Source of the DNA: an uncultured virus (IMG/VR IMGVR_UViG_3300042554_001444)
Taxonomy: Duplodnaviria > Heunggongvirae > Uroviricota > Caudoviricetes
DNA length: 64,000 nucleotides
Direction: 5' to 3' (one strand)
Virus record (IMG/VR): IMGVR_UViG_3300042554_001444
The position numbers and the translations under genes are program-made. Of this stretch, positions 35,708 through 44,679 are shown piece after piece. How positions within the stretch are numbered: position 1 is the first letter of the stretch; the number at the start of each line of letters is the position of its first letter. Below the pieces are notes generated by a model. That model was not told the DNA's origin and searched no databases. It saw only the letters and a program-made list of their open reading frames with translations.

Positions 35708-36877
35708 ATGCCAGCCGACCCCATTACGCCCGGCTTGGCCGCGGCTTGGTCCAACACAGGCCCGACGGCCTACGGTGTGCCTTCGAGGTTCACCGCAGCC
35801 GTTCGGGCGCAGTCTTCCCAAACGATTGGGGCGACCCTTACCGGCACCTTCGACGGAGTCGGTTTGCAGGGAACGCTTGCGACCGTCGCAAATCGTGCGG
35901 TCTTGCTCACCGCTCAATCGGGGACGACGCAAAACGGCATCTACGTCACCGGTGCAGGGTCGGTTGCGGTGGACATAACCGCATCGTTTGGCTCTGGAAC
36001 CAAGGTCGTCACCGGTCTAACGGCCGGGCGCTTGTATTACTGGATTCAATCCAACGGATTCAGCGTCACCAACGGCACCGACACGCTGACCAGCAGCGGG
36101 TTTATTGTAGCGTCACCCGGCAATTCGTTGACGTTCACCGGTCCGGCTGCGGTGTTTCAGACAGACAATCTCTACGAAGCCGGCCTTGTCCGTCTCACAT
36201 TGTTTGACCAGCCGAACGAGTTCCCGGTTGAATTAGTCGTCAACGTCACGGGTGGCACGTCTGCGGCAACTTGGTGGCAGTTGGTGTCCGTGGTGACCAC
36301 GGTGGGATCTTCGCCGATCACCTTCAGTCAGATCACCGTTGGAAGCCTCGACATCGGCTTCGAGGACAACGCCTTTGACAACACGCCTCCGGGATCCGCC
36401 ACGCCCAGCAACGCGGCAGCATTCGACAACACACTGCCGGTTCCGGTAATGCCGAGCTTGTCCCAGTCATTCGTCAACACCACGCCCGATGGCAAGACCC
36501 CGAGCAACGCCGCAGCCTTTGACAACACCCCGGCTGGGGCGCTGGTTCTCCAAGGCGAGACATCACCGGTCGCCGGCGTCACCACGCCCGCCAGCCCAAC
36601 CGCCGTAAGTCACAGCGCCACGTTGGTGGCAGGAACCAACTACCTCGTCCAAGTCGGAGCTCGACTCGCTCCGGTCACGATCACCTTGCCCGACCCCGGC
36701 AGCCTTGCCCAGCGCATCGAAATTGCGGACATCACAAGCCAAGCCGCGACCAACACAATCACGGTCAACGCCGGAACAAAAGACATCGAGACCACGGGAC
36801 AAACGTCCTACATCATCAACCGCAACGACGCGGTCCTTGTTCTGTCCTACACCGGAACCAAGTGGAAAATCCTCTGA
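35708..36877 (+). CDS. Virion fibre/decoration protein with 16-aa repeats
   Basis: VLLTAQS..QNGIYV motif; 4x48-nt FDNT repeats; C-terminal TITLP...ITVNAG...WKIL domain. Confidence 0.7.
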   Translation: MPADPITPGLAAAWSNTGPTAYGVPSRFTAAVRAQSSQTIGATLTGTFDGVGLQGTLATVANRAVLLTAQSGTTQNGIYVTGAGSVAVDITASFGSGTKVVTGLTAGRLYYWIQSNGFSVTNGTDTLTSSGFIVASPGNSLTFTGPAAVFQTDNLYEAGLVRLTLFDQPNEFPVELVVNVTGGTSAATWWQLVSVVTTVGSSPITFSQITVGSLDIGFEDNAFDNTPPGSATPSNAAAFDNTLPVPVMPSLSQSFVNTTPDGKTPSNAAAFDNTPAGALVLQGETSPVAGVTTPASPTAVSHSATLVAGTNYLVQVGARLAPVTITLPDPGSLAQRIEIADITSQAATNTITVNAGTKDIETTGQTSYIINRNDAVLVLSYTGTKWKIL

Positions 36878-36878
36878 C

Positions 36879-37166
36879 ATGATCTCAAAACACGCAATCG
36901 GAACGACCGCAACCCTCGTCAGATCCGCGGAAGAACGTCGTTGGATCATCATCCAAAACCTTTCGGACACCGACGTCTTTTTGGCGTTGGATGGATCAAC
37001 CGACGTGACCACTGCTTCAGGATTGAAGCCCGGTGTTCGGTTAGCCGCAAACGGTGGGACTCTTAGCGTTGGTGAAAGTCAACGCGACACGACCACCAAT
37101 TTCCCGGTCTACGCAATCCACGGTGGCACCGGCACCAAGGACATCAGCTTTCAATTTCTACCTTAA
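36879..37166 (+). CDS. 95-aa small beta protein
   Basis: RRWIIIQN.S...VFL...VYAI. Confidence 0.65.
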   Translation: MISKHAIGTTATLVRSAEERRWIIIQNLSDTDVFLALDGSTDVTTASGLKPGVRLAANGGTLSVGESQRDTTTNFPVYAIHGGTGTKDISFQFLP

Positions 37167-37178
37167 CCACCCAAAACC

Positions 37179-38741
37179 ATGAGTTGGAATCTTCAACAGC
37201 CGATTACAGCCGAACTCGCCGCGAACAAGGCGAACAAGGACGGCACTGACTTTACGAATCCGGCCACTTGGCGCACGGGCCTGGACGTTGTCAATACCGC
37301 CGAGTCTCGCCGGCAGGGTACGATGGATCTCGCTGCGGTGGCGTTCGATGGGGCGACGACTGCGACGCGGGTGTCAGCCCCGTGCCAAGCCATCGGAACC
37401 GGAGATTTCTCTATGTGGGTCCGGTTTCGGGTTCCAGTCGCCCAACCGTCGGTGGGCGGACAAGGGGTCATCACCACGTCTGGTGGTTCTACCGGCGCGG
37501 GTTCAAGGGCCTTTGGTATTCGTTTGTCCTTAAGCACGCTGAATGTCACGTTGCGTGATGCAGCTGGGGCAACGGCCAAGAATGCGGGTTTGTCAAATTT
37601 TCACACGAACTTCGCCGGACAAGTGGTTGATGTGGTTGTCACCCGCAGTGGTTCCACGTTGAAGGTGTACATCAACGGCACGGACACAGCCTACAGCGAC
37701 ACCGGAAGTGGATCTTGGTCCGACACTGTAACCAGTACGTTTTTGAACGTCGGAGTCTTTGATGCGGGCGATCTTTTCTTCGGCCGCATCTACCGCTCCG
37801 TCGTCTTCAACCGCGCACTGAGTGCTGGCGATGTCACCGAGCTTATCACCATCGGCGTGAATCCGGCGGATCAGTGGGGGACGCAGACGCAGATTTGGAA
37901 CACGACCACGCTCAATGGTGGTTTTGAAACCGCTGGCGGTGGTGGTGCTGATGTGTTTGCAAACTGGGTGGAGTTTACAAGTGGAACAGGCGTTTTATCA
38001 AGGGATACTGTTGATTACAGTCCTGACCTTGGAAGCACTGCTTCTGCAAAAGCTCTTGGAACAGACGGAACCGCTGTTTGGTCGTTGTACAATACGCCCA
38101 CTCTTGTAGCTAATAAACGCTATAGGATATCGGCTGCACACAAACGAAGTGCAAATGCCAACGTTGTTTGGAAAACAGTTACCACAAACCTAATTCTTGC
38201 AACCTTCGCAGTAACCACCAGTTGGGGAAATTATTCCGGCGAGTTCGTGATGCCTGCGAACGAGTTTGTGAAAGTTGATGGCGGAGGAAACAATACGACG
38301 TGGATCGACAACGTTATCCTTGAGCGCATCGGCGCAATCGTAGACCTCGACTTCACCGTCGGAACCGGCTACCAAGCCACCGACCGCAGCACCAACAACC
38401 TGCACGGCACGCTGTTCAACGGTGTGGAGTTCACGGTTCCGAGGCGAATGGCGGTTCTCTATGCGACGACCACAGCGTCCGGCAACACTCAGATGCTCGG
38501 CACCCTGGCGATTCCGACCAATGCAGTCATTGAGGACGTAATCGTCAACTCGACCGGATCAGCTACCGTCAGCGTCGGCAACGTCTCCGCTGGCACCCAG
38601 ATCGTCAACGCCGCATCGGTTGTATCCGGCCGACAGAAGCTCACCATCGCCACGCCGTTCAGCACCACCGGCAATCTGTGGGTGAACAGTTCCGCTGCCG
38701 TGACGCTCCAATTCACCATCTTCTACACCATCGCCGCCTAA
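37179..38741 (+). CDS. LamG/concanavalin-like virion fibre protein (allele B central domain)
   Basis: GDFSMWVR, VVVTRSG..KVYING, FNRALS, NGGFE domain. Confidence 0.85.
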   Translation: MSWNLQQPITAELAANKANKDGTDFTNPATWRTGLDVVNTAESRRQGTMDLAAVAFDGATTATRVSAPCQAIGTGDFSMWVRFRVPVAQPSVGGQGVITTSGGSTGAGSRAFGIRLSLSTLNVTLRDAAGATAKNAGLSNFHTNFAGQVVDVVVTRSGSTLKVYINGTDTAYSDTGSGSWSDTVTSTFLNVGVFDAGDLFFGRIYRSVVFNRALSAGDVTELITIGVNPADQWGTQTQIWNTTTLNGGFETAGGGGADVFANWVEFTSGTGVLSRDTVDYSPDLGSTASAKALGTDGTAVWSLYNTPTLVANKRYRISAAHKRSANANVVWKTVTTNLILATFAVTTSWGNYSGEFVMPANEFVKVDGGGNNTTWIDNVILERIGAIVDLDFTVGTGYQATDRSTNNLHGTLFNGVEFTVPRRMAVLYATTTASGNTQMLGTLAIPTNAVIEDVIVNSTGSATVSVGNVSAGTQIVNAASVVSGRQKLTIATPFSTTGNLWVNSSAAVTLQFTIFYTIAA

Positions 38742-38975
38742 GTTATGGACAAAGAAATCACACTGGAAACCGAGCCGCTCGAAACCATCATCTTTGATCC
38801 TCCGATCAAGGTTTCGGAGGACAAGATCGTCGGTGGCACCGTAGTCACCTCGGCGGAAATCAATCCGCCCGATGGGTCCGGCATGGTCATTGCACGGATC
38901 TTGCCCATTGGCTACGTCATGGGTTTTCCGTTCGTTGACTCCAACGAAAACTCTATCAGGGTTGGCCTGAACTAA
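37640..38975 (+). repeat. Copy 2 of imperfect direct repeat (copy 1 = 1-1354)
   Basis: Offset 37639 before and 37621 after the swapped central block (37890-38303). Confidence 0.97.
38745..38975 (+). CDS. 76-aa protein, paralog of 1124-1354
   Basis: Direct alignment. Confidence 0.75.
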   Translation: MDKEITLETEPLETIIFDPPIKVSEDKIVGGTVVTSAEINPPDGSGMVIARILPIGYVMGFPFVDSNENSIRVGLN

Positions 38976-39003
38976 TTAAAACCCCTCTCACCCCCACCCA
39001 CCA

Positions 39004-39210
39004 ATGCCGGAGGAGAACCTTCACAACCTTGAAGTCCGCATCGTGAGACTCGAAACCATCATCGGTGACAAAGACGCGGGGATGGTCTCCGACATCCACG
39101 GCATCAAATCCACCGTCGAAGGACTCAAGCAGTTTCAGTGGAAGCTGTTTGGCGGCCTCGGGGTTTTGGTTGTGCTGGCCCAACTGATCGGTAGGATCGG
39201 ACTGAAATGA
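39004..39210 (+). CDS. Coiled-coil protein with C-terminal TM segment (XhlA-like architecture)
   Basis: RIVRLE...WKLFGGLGVLVVLAQLIG. Confidence 0.65.
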   Translation: MPEENLHNLEVRIVRLETIIGDKDAGMVSDIHGIKSTVEGLKQFQWKLFGGLGVLVVLAQLIGRIGLK

Positions 39211-39401
39211 ATGACTCACTGAAATCCATCGTCCGCCACGGACTCTCGTTCGGTGGCGGTTTCCTTGTCGCCAAGGGCCTTGTGACCGTTGACCAAGCCA
39301 ATGAGCTTGCCGGCGCTATCATCACGCTCCTAGGCGTCGGCTGGTCCGTCTGGAAGAACTCCAAGACCCCGCCGGCTCCGCCCGCTGCTCTAGCTGCGTG
39401 A
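39207..39401 (+). CDS. Putative holin
   Basis: IVRHGLSFGGGFLVAKG...GVGWSVW, two TM segments. Confidence 0.7.
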   Translation: MNDSLKSIVRHGLSFGGGFLVAKGLVTVDQANELAGAIITLLGVGWSVWKNSKTPPAPPAALAA

Positions 39402-39568
39402 ACTGGATCTACCAACTGGCAAAGGCGTTCCTGGACTGGCTCCGGGAAACGCCTGCGCCAACAGTCGAAGACGGAAATGCGCCAAAACCTCTCAAGAACG
39501 ATCTGGCTGCTCGTATTGCCAATCTGCCTGGGCTGCCAGACAAAAGTGATCCTGGTGCCAAACGGTGA
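39398..39568 (+). CDS. Putative i-spanin-like partner (56 aa)
   Basis: Not in track; MNWIYQLAKAFLDWLRE; homolog of 1749-1922. Confidence 0.55.
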   Translation: MNWIYQLAKAFLDWLRETPAPTVEDGNAPKPLKNDLAARIANLPGLPDKSDPGAKR

Positions 39569-39692
39569 CCCGGTGCTGCTGGCGGAGCCGGTGCGCGCCA
39601 AAGTCTACGCGTTTGACAAGCAAGGCAATCTTGCTGGCCCCTCAACTGTGAAGATTCCAGCTGGGTGGTACGCGCTGCCCAAGGCGAAATGA
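39477..39692 (+). CDS. Putative o-spanin lipoprotein
   Basis: Signal peptide with lipobox CLG-C. Confidence 0.7.
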   Translation: MRQNLSRTIWLLVLPICLGCQTKVILVPNGDPVLLAEPVRAKVYAFDKQGNLAGPSTVKIPAGWYALPKAK

Positions 39693-39838
39693 AAACCAAG
39701 TACGCCAAACTGGTCACGAAGCTCAAGAAGCAAGGCGCTGACGATCCCCGCGCTCTCGCGGCCTTCATTGGCAGAAAAAAGCTCGGCGCGGAAGAGTTCC
39801 AACGCCGAGCCGCTGCTGGCCGTAAGGCCGCTCGTTAG
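39689..39838 (+). CDS. 49-aa basic protein
   Basis: Not in track; KLKKQGADDPRALAAFIGRKKLG; 4-nt convergent overlap with the scaffold gene. Confidence 0.7.
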   Translation: MKTKYAKLVTKLKKQGADDPRALAAFIGRKKLGAEEFQRRAAAGRKAAR

Positions 39839-41082
39839 TACGCCGAGGGCAGTTCGTCGATCGCGTCTTCCGCGTTCTTAGGAGCTACACGGGTCGCCGT
39901 CGAGGTGCCTTCGCCTTGGCCGGGTTCAGACGACCGGACCTTGCCGACCTTCTTCTCCAGTTCTGCCACCTTCTGCTGGAGGCGGATCACACGCAGACGC
40001 TCACGCCCGTAGGCCCGCGCCCGTAGAGCCACTTGAGCCTGGGCCTTGGTAATCAGGTCTACCTTGTCGTCGTAGCCCATGTCGGCGTCGATGCCTTCAC
40101 CTTTGAGGGCAATGCGCACCAAGCGGTCGCTCTCGTCCAAGAGCTTGTTGCCATCTTCATCACCGTCTTCCCGGCCGAACAGTTGGGCGTGGGTCTTCTC
40201 GTAGTCCGCGAACTGAGACTCGAACAGGTCACGCGAGCGCGTCTGGCGGCTCTCCAGCTGCTTCTTTGATTCGACCTCACGCTGGGCGCCCTTCTCCTTC
40301 CACTCGGAGATGGACTTGTCCCGCGCCTGGGTCAACTCGATGAGCCGCCGCCGGTGCGCCATGATCTCGGGTGCAGCCGCACCAAAGGTCTCCTGGGCGA
40401 TGATAGCAGCCTTGGCCACCGGCACATTGAGGAGCGCCATAATGTCCTGATGATTGGCGTCACGCTCGTTGCCATCTGGATCAGTGACGCGGATGCCCTC
40501 AATGTCGCCCAGAGCGGTCTGCCAGGCTTCGCGCAACGGCCCCTCGTACTTCTGCTTGTACTCGCCGGAGCGGGTGTAGTTCAGGTAGCGGACCTCGGTG
40601 TCGAGTTCCTCGGCGTTCTTGCGGATCGAATCCATCTCGGCCTTGAGAGACTTCGTTGCCTCCTCAACCTCCTTGCGGGTGCCCTCGGACTTGACGCGCT
40701 CAAGCTCTTGGATCTTGGCGGCAAGATCGTCGCGCTCCTTCTTGGTGAGTTCGTACTGCTCGCGGAACTGCTTCAACGAGGCTGGCTCGTTCTTCGGTGC
40801 TGGATCCGGTGTTTTGGCAGGTGCAGCAACTTCGGTTTTGGGTGAGACCAGCTTGTCTAGGCCGAAGGGGTCTTCGTTCTTCTGAGCTGCAGCCGGGGTG
40901 ACGGGCGCCGGTTCTGGTGAGGCGACCGGGGCTGGTGCTTGTGGCGCAACGGGAGCGGCGGGTGCCGGTGAACCCATTGGATTTTCAAGCGCATTCCCTT
41001 CGAGGGCGTCGATGCCAGCGAAGGCTTCGGTGTAATCTGCGCCCCGCTCGGTCGGCGCGTCTGGTGATAGCAGCAAGTTCAT
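39835..41082 (-). CDS. Putative capsid scaffolding protein
   Basis: Acidic/Pro-rich N-terminus, long coiled coils, downstream of portal. Confidence 0.65.
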   Translation of the reverse strand: MNLLLSPDAPTERGADYTEAFAGIDALEGNALENPMGSPAPAAPVAPQAPAPVASPEPAPVTPAAAQKNEDPFGLDKLVSPKTEVAAPAKTPDPAPKNEPASLKQFREQYELTKKERDDLAAKIQELERVKSEGTRKEVEEATKSLKAEMDSIRKNAEELDTEVRYLNYTRSGEYKQKYEGPLREAWQTALGDIEGIRVTDPDGNERDANHQDIMALLNVPVAKAAIIAQETFGAAAPEIMAHRRRLIELTQARDKSISEWKEKGAQREVESKKQLESRQTRSRDLFESQFADYEKTHAQLFGREDGDEDGNKLLDESDRLVRIALKGEGIDADMGYDDKVDLITKAQAQVALRARAYGRERLRVIRLQQKVAELEKKVGKVRSSEPGQGEGTSTATRVAPKNAEDAIDELPSAY

Positions 41083-41342
41083 TCAAGGTTCTGTTTTACG
41101 GTCGGTTTATCTCTCTGCGTCGTCACCAGCCCATGAAGCTCCTCGATCAACGCCTTGGCGCCCTGCCGGCGGCAGTTGGCGTTCCAGCCGTGTTGAGGGT
41201 TTTCGGATGCTGGCAGGTTCCAGCAGAGATTGTTGAAGGCAGCCAACAGCGCGGCTTGGAAGTTGGCGTTGTCCAGTAGGCGCTCAAGCTCCATCACGCG
41301 ATCTTTGTCGCGCTGAAACTCTTGTTTTGGGGATTGGATCAT
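41079..41342 (-). CDS. 87-aa portal-linked protein
   Basis: MIQSPKQEF...RRQGAKALIEEL; coupled on both sides. Confidence 0.65.
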   Translation of the reverse strand: MIQSPKQEFQRDKDRVMELERLLDNANFQAALLAAFNNLCWNLPASENPQHGWNANCRRQGAKALIEELHGLVTTQRDKPTVKQNLE

Positions 41343-43612
41343 TGGTTGAGGATATTTGCCTGAGTCTTCAAATCCAGAGCCGCAATGTCCGCCCGGGTCA
41401 TGGCACCCTTGCGCTGGGCCTCGGCGATCGTGTTGGCGTTCTTGCGCTGCTGATCCTGATCGAAAGCAACCTGCTTCTGGATGCGCTTCTGTTCGGCGTT
41501 CGCAGCGGCGATCTCGGACTTGGACTGCGCGGTGATGAGCATTGCCTGAATCTTGCCGGCCACCTCGGGGTTCATACCGTTGCCAGCTGCACCAGCTTCG
41601 GCCTGAGCCTGAGCCTGCTCTTGGAGACGCTGCACGTAGCCCTTGATGTAGTTCGACGCCTGACTGATTCCGTCGTTGTAGAGCTTCATGTTCTGCTCTT
41701 GGCCGGGGTCTTCGGAGATCAACCCCATCTGCTCTTGGATGTGCTGAATGACATTCACCAATCCCATGACGCGGTCCATGGTCGTCATACCGCCCTGCTC
41801 CTTTTCGATACGCCCAATGGCGCCACCAAGCATCTGGAGAAGCGTCTGGATGTACTCGGGCCGATTCATCGCGCTGGCGATGACCACCGGCTGGCCGTCG
41901 ATGAGCGTTCCCCAGGCCAGCGTGGCGCGCTCGACCGCTGGGGATACCGGTTTGTTGTCCACCGGTGCGAGGCGGTTCGCCAAAAGCGGATCGTCCGTGT
42001 TGGCTTCGACGTACATGTGCACAACCTCGGCCTGAGAATCGGGTGCTAGCAGGGGCCGGATAGCCATGAGGCGGTCGGCCTGCGCGATCTCCAGCATCTT
42101 GTTGCCGGAACCCATGACGCGCTCGGGCATGATGTCCCAGCTGTCGAGGTTTTTCCAAACGGATGGATCGACGCCTTCGACTTCACACTTCCGGCGGAAC
42201 TGAACGCAGTCGGGATGGTCAATCGTGCAGAACCGGCGAGCGATCTCCCGGTACTGAAACGATTGCTGGGTGTAGGCACGGGTGAGCATCGAACCCATGA
42301 GCGCGTTGGCGTTGTTTACGCGGGCCATCACCTCGGTCGCCGTCAGTTCCTTGGAAGAACCGTCGTTCACGTCCTGCGTGTAGGCTGCGCTGGACTCGGC
42401 CATAATCTGCCGGTGCATGGACATAGCCCCAGAGAGCATCGTGTAATCCACGACATGGCGCTCAGACTGCGGAACCCACGACAAGCCCTCGGGGATCACG
42501 CCCATGTTGAACAGGTCGATCTTCTCCATCCGTTCAGCGTCACCGTCCGCGACGTTGCGGAAGAGCCAGAGCATCTGCTCGAACACGGAGTCCGTGAATT
42601 TGCAGCGTAGGCGGTTCTGAAGGTGGCAGACCGCGTAAAGCAGGTAGCCCAGTGATCGCACCGAGTGCCAGCGGAACGGCGGCACGACAGCACCGTCGGC
42701 GAACTGGATGTGCATCAACTCAAAGATGTCCCGGCCGTAGCACCGATTTCCGGCGTCGAAAAGCCACTGGCCAGCGGTCTGCATATTGCCGATGCCGCTG
42801 TTGTACTGGTCCACGATGATCCGGCGGCGCCAAGAGGGATCGTCGCTGGTCGTGTCCAAAAAGTAGAAATCGTAGCACCGCAAGACCGGCGTTGCGTCGG
42901 ATCCCCAGTAGCCGGAGTTCTCCTTGAAATCCTCCTCAATCTTCTCAGGGAAGTATTGGCCGGACCAGTCGTTCACCTGGAGACTGGTCGCCTCCTTGCT
43001 AATCATGTTGGCCAACAACTCGTTGACCAGCTTCATGTTCCAGCCCTCGTCCACGTTCTCGCCCCGAGTCATCCGAATCAGGTCGGCCGCCGTGAAAGAC
43101 GTGTAAATCGCGAAGTGCGACAGGTTCTCCATCGTGGTCAACGTGTTCGTCGGGACCAGGATGTCCTCGGTGCCGCGAGCCGATGGGCACCAGTCGCGAT
43201 CACGGAGCCAGGTGACCGGGCCGATGCCGTGAAGCACGGTGGCCGCAAACTGGGACTCCAAGACCGTGGAGTATTTCGGAGACCGCTTCATCACGCGGTT
43301 CAGCTGCTTCGTGATGATGTTGCCCCACTGGGTGCGCTTGTCCCGTGGGCCTATGTCGAGACCTACCGAGAAGTAATTCTGCGGTTTCAGGAACGCGTTG
43401 GTGAACTGCTGGCGCGCCGCGTGAATGATCCGCGTGCCTTCCAGGAAGTTCACGTTGGTCTGGATCCGGTTGTCTCGCGCCTCCTCGTCGCTGTAGGGAG
43501 GGTTGCCGTTGAATGTCGCGTTGATGCGGGCGCGGTTGCGAGATCGAGGCTGCTCTGCTTCAAGCATCGCGCTGACCACATTCCAGACTTTACTCGGTTC
43601 TTTGAAACTCAT
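41339..43612 (-). CDS. Portal protein (podovirus, P22-like length)
   Basis: 757 aa; TATEV motif, long Gln/Ala-rich C-terminal helix; near terminase. Confidence 0.8.
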   Translation of the reverse strand: MSFKEPSKVWNVVSAMLEAEQPRSRNRARINATFNGNPPYSDEEARDNRIQTNVNFLEGTRIIHAARQQFTNAFLKPQNYFSVGLDIGPRDKRTQWGNIITKQLNRVMKRSPKYSTVLESQFAATVLHGIGPVTWLRDRDWCPSARGTEDILVPTNTLTTMENLSHFAIYTSFTAADLIRMTRGENVDEGWNMKLVNELLANMISKEATSLQVNDWSGQYFPEKIEEDFKENSGYWGSDATPVLRCYDFYFLDTTSDDPSWRRRIIVDQYNSGIGNMQTAGQWLFDAGNRCYGRDIFELMHIQFADGAVVPPFRWHSVRSLGYLLYAVCHLQNRLRCKFTDSVFEQMLWLFRNVADGDAERMEKIDLFNMGVIPEGLSWVPQSERHVVDYTMLSGAMSMHRQIMAESSAAYTQDVNDGSSKELTATEVMARVNNANALMGSMLTRAYTQQSFQYREIARRFCTIDHPDCVQFRRKCEVEGVDPSVWKNLDSWDIMPERVMGSGNKMLEIAQADRLMAIRPLLAPDSQAEVVHMYVEANTDDPLLANRLAPVDNKPVSPAVERATLAWGTLIDGQPVVIASAMNRPEYIQTLLQMLGGAIGRIEKEQGGMTTMDRVMGLVNVIQHIQEQMGLISEDPGQEQNMKLYNDGISQASNYIKGYVQRLQEQAQAQAEAGAAGNGMNPEVAGKIQAMLITAQSKSEIAAANAEQKRIQKQVAFDQDQQRKNANTIAEAQRKGAMTRADIAALDLKTQANILNQ

Positions 43613-43619
43613 ATTGACC

Positions 43620-44012
43620 TCAGATTGATTTCCGTTCCTGTGAAATCCAGCAATTATCGGGCATCACCGTGTCGCCAAGGTAGCTGAGAGGCACCCAAAC
43701 CTTCAGTTTCAGGTAGCACCCGCAGACATCGCAGGTGCCCGCCAGTCCCTCGCCGTGCAAAAACATGACCATCTCGTTGCGCGCCTGCTCCTGCTCCAGA
43801 ATTGCCTCGGCCACGGTCTTGGTGATCGACCGCGTATCCGTGGGTTTGTTGTGCAGGCAGCGTTTGCAGGTATCAATGCGGTCCTGCGCCTGCTGGCGTT
43901 CTACAGGCGTGCCACCATCACCCAGCCACTCAGCTAGGATGCGCGCCCCTTGAGCCGTTTGGCGCAACTTAGCGGCCGCACGTGCGACAGCCTGAAGTCC
44001 TTGGTTGTACAT
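43620..44012 (-). CDS. Cys-rich (Zn-binding-like) protein
   Basis: CKRC, CDVCGC.L..K motifs. Confidence 0.65.
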   Translation of the reverse strand: MYNQGLQAVARAAAKLRQTAQGARILAEWLGDGGTPVERQQAQDRIDTCKRCLHNKPTDTRSITKTVAEAILEQEQARNEMVMFLHGEGLAGTCDVCGCYLKLKVWVPLSYLGDTVMPDNCWISQERKSI

Positions 44013-44235
44013 TTGTGGATGGGTTGGGAGCCATTTGAGGAAACCGCGCCCGCGTGTAAGCCTCCAGATCGCTGACAGCCTGCTCGATCGTAGACGGAAT
44101 GCTGTTGGCGACCCGGTGTTGATGAATCAGGCGCACCATCTCGTAGAAGCCGTAGTTCAATACATCCTTGGGACTCCAGTTGGTCTTGGGTTCGTAGAAC
44201 TGCCAGCCGCCGGGAGGGAACGTGTCGCGATTCAT
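43969..44235 (-). CDS. Hypothetical protein
   Basis: PPGGWQF...ends GCRTCGR. Confidence 0.65.
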   Translation of the reverse strand: MNRDTFPPGGWQFYEPKTNWSPKDVLNYGFYEMVRLIHQHRVANSIPSTIEQAVSDLEAYTRARFPQMAPNPSTNVQPRTSGCRTCGR

Positions 44236-44244
44236 AGGTGAGGT

Positions 44245-44676
44245 TTAGAACGGAACATCATCTTCGTCGAGATCAGGCTTCGGTGCGGCAGCTGCTGGTG
44301 CAGCCTCACGTCGCGGAGCCGGAGCCGGAGCCGCGCCCTCGTCGCGTCCCTTCAGGAACTGGAAGGTCTCAATCATGATCCGAGTGGTGGACCGCTTCTC
44401 GCCGGTCTTCTTGTCGTCCCACTCCTCACGGGTCAGGCGTCCCTCAACCATCAGCGGGTGCCCCTTCTTCACGTACTGCGCGATCGTTTCGGCCTGCTTC
44501 CCGAAAGCCTTACACTCAGCAAAGTAGACATCCTCCTTTTCCTCACCGACCTCATTCTTCCAGCGGCGATTCATCGCCATGCTGACATTGCAGACGGGGG
44601 TTCCTTTCGGGAGGTACTTGAGTTCTACGTCTCGGGTGAGGTTGCCGATCAGGATGACTTTGTTGAATGAGGCCAT
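44245..44676 (-). CDS. ssb: Single-stranded DNA-binding protein
   Basis: FNKVILIGNLTRD, KKG..LMVEGRL, DDVPF tail. Confidence 0.96.
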   Translation of the reverse strand: MASFNKVILIGNLTRDVELKYLPKGTPVCNVSMAMNRRWKNEVGEEKEDVYFAECKAFGKQAETIAQYVKKGHPLMVEGRLTREEWDDKKTGEKRSTTRIMIETFQFLKGRDEGAAPAPAPRREAAPAAAAPKPDLDEDDVPF

Positions 44677-44679
44677 AAG

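Larger units (their letters stand above)
1..37639 (+). mobile_element. Phage A: apparently complete siphovirus genome (circularises 37639->1)
   Basis: Full head, tail, lysis and replication gene set on one strand; 1-127 is identical to 37640-37766, and closing the circle restores an intact LamG gene. Confidence 0.85.

Noticed and set aside
37640..38975. Terminal redundancy of a single genome
   Set aside because: The copies differ by many SNPs and an unrelated central block, and are followed by different genes
41343..42158. 5' extension of the 359-aa - strand ORF
   Set aside because: Overlaps the portal gene in another frame; only 41079-41342 looks like a real protein
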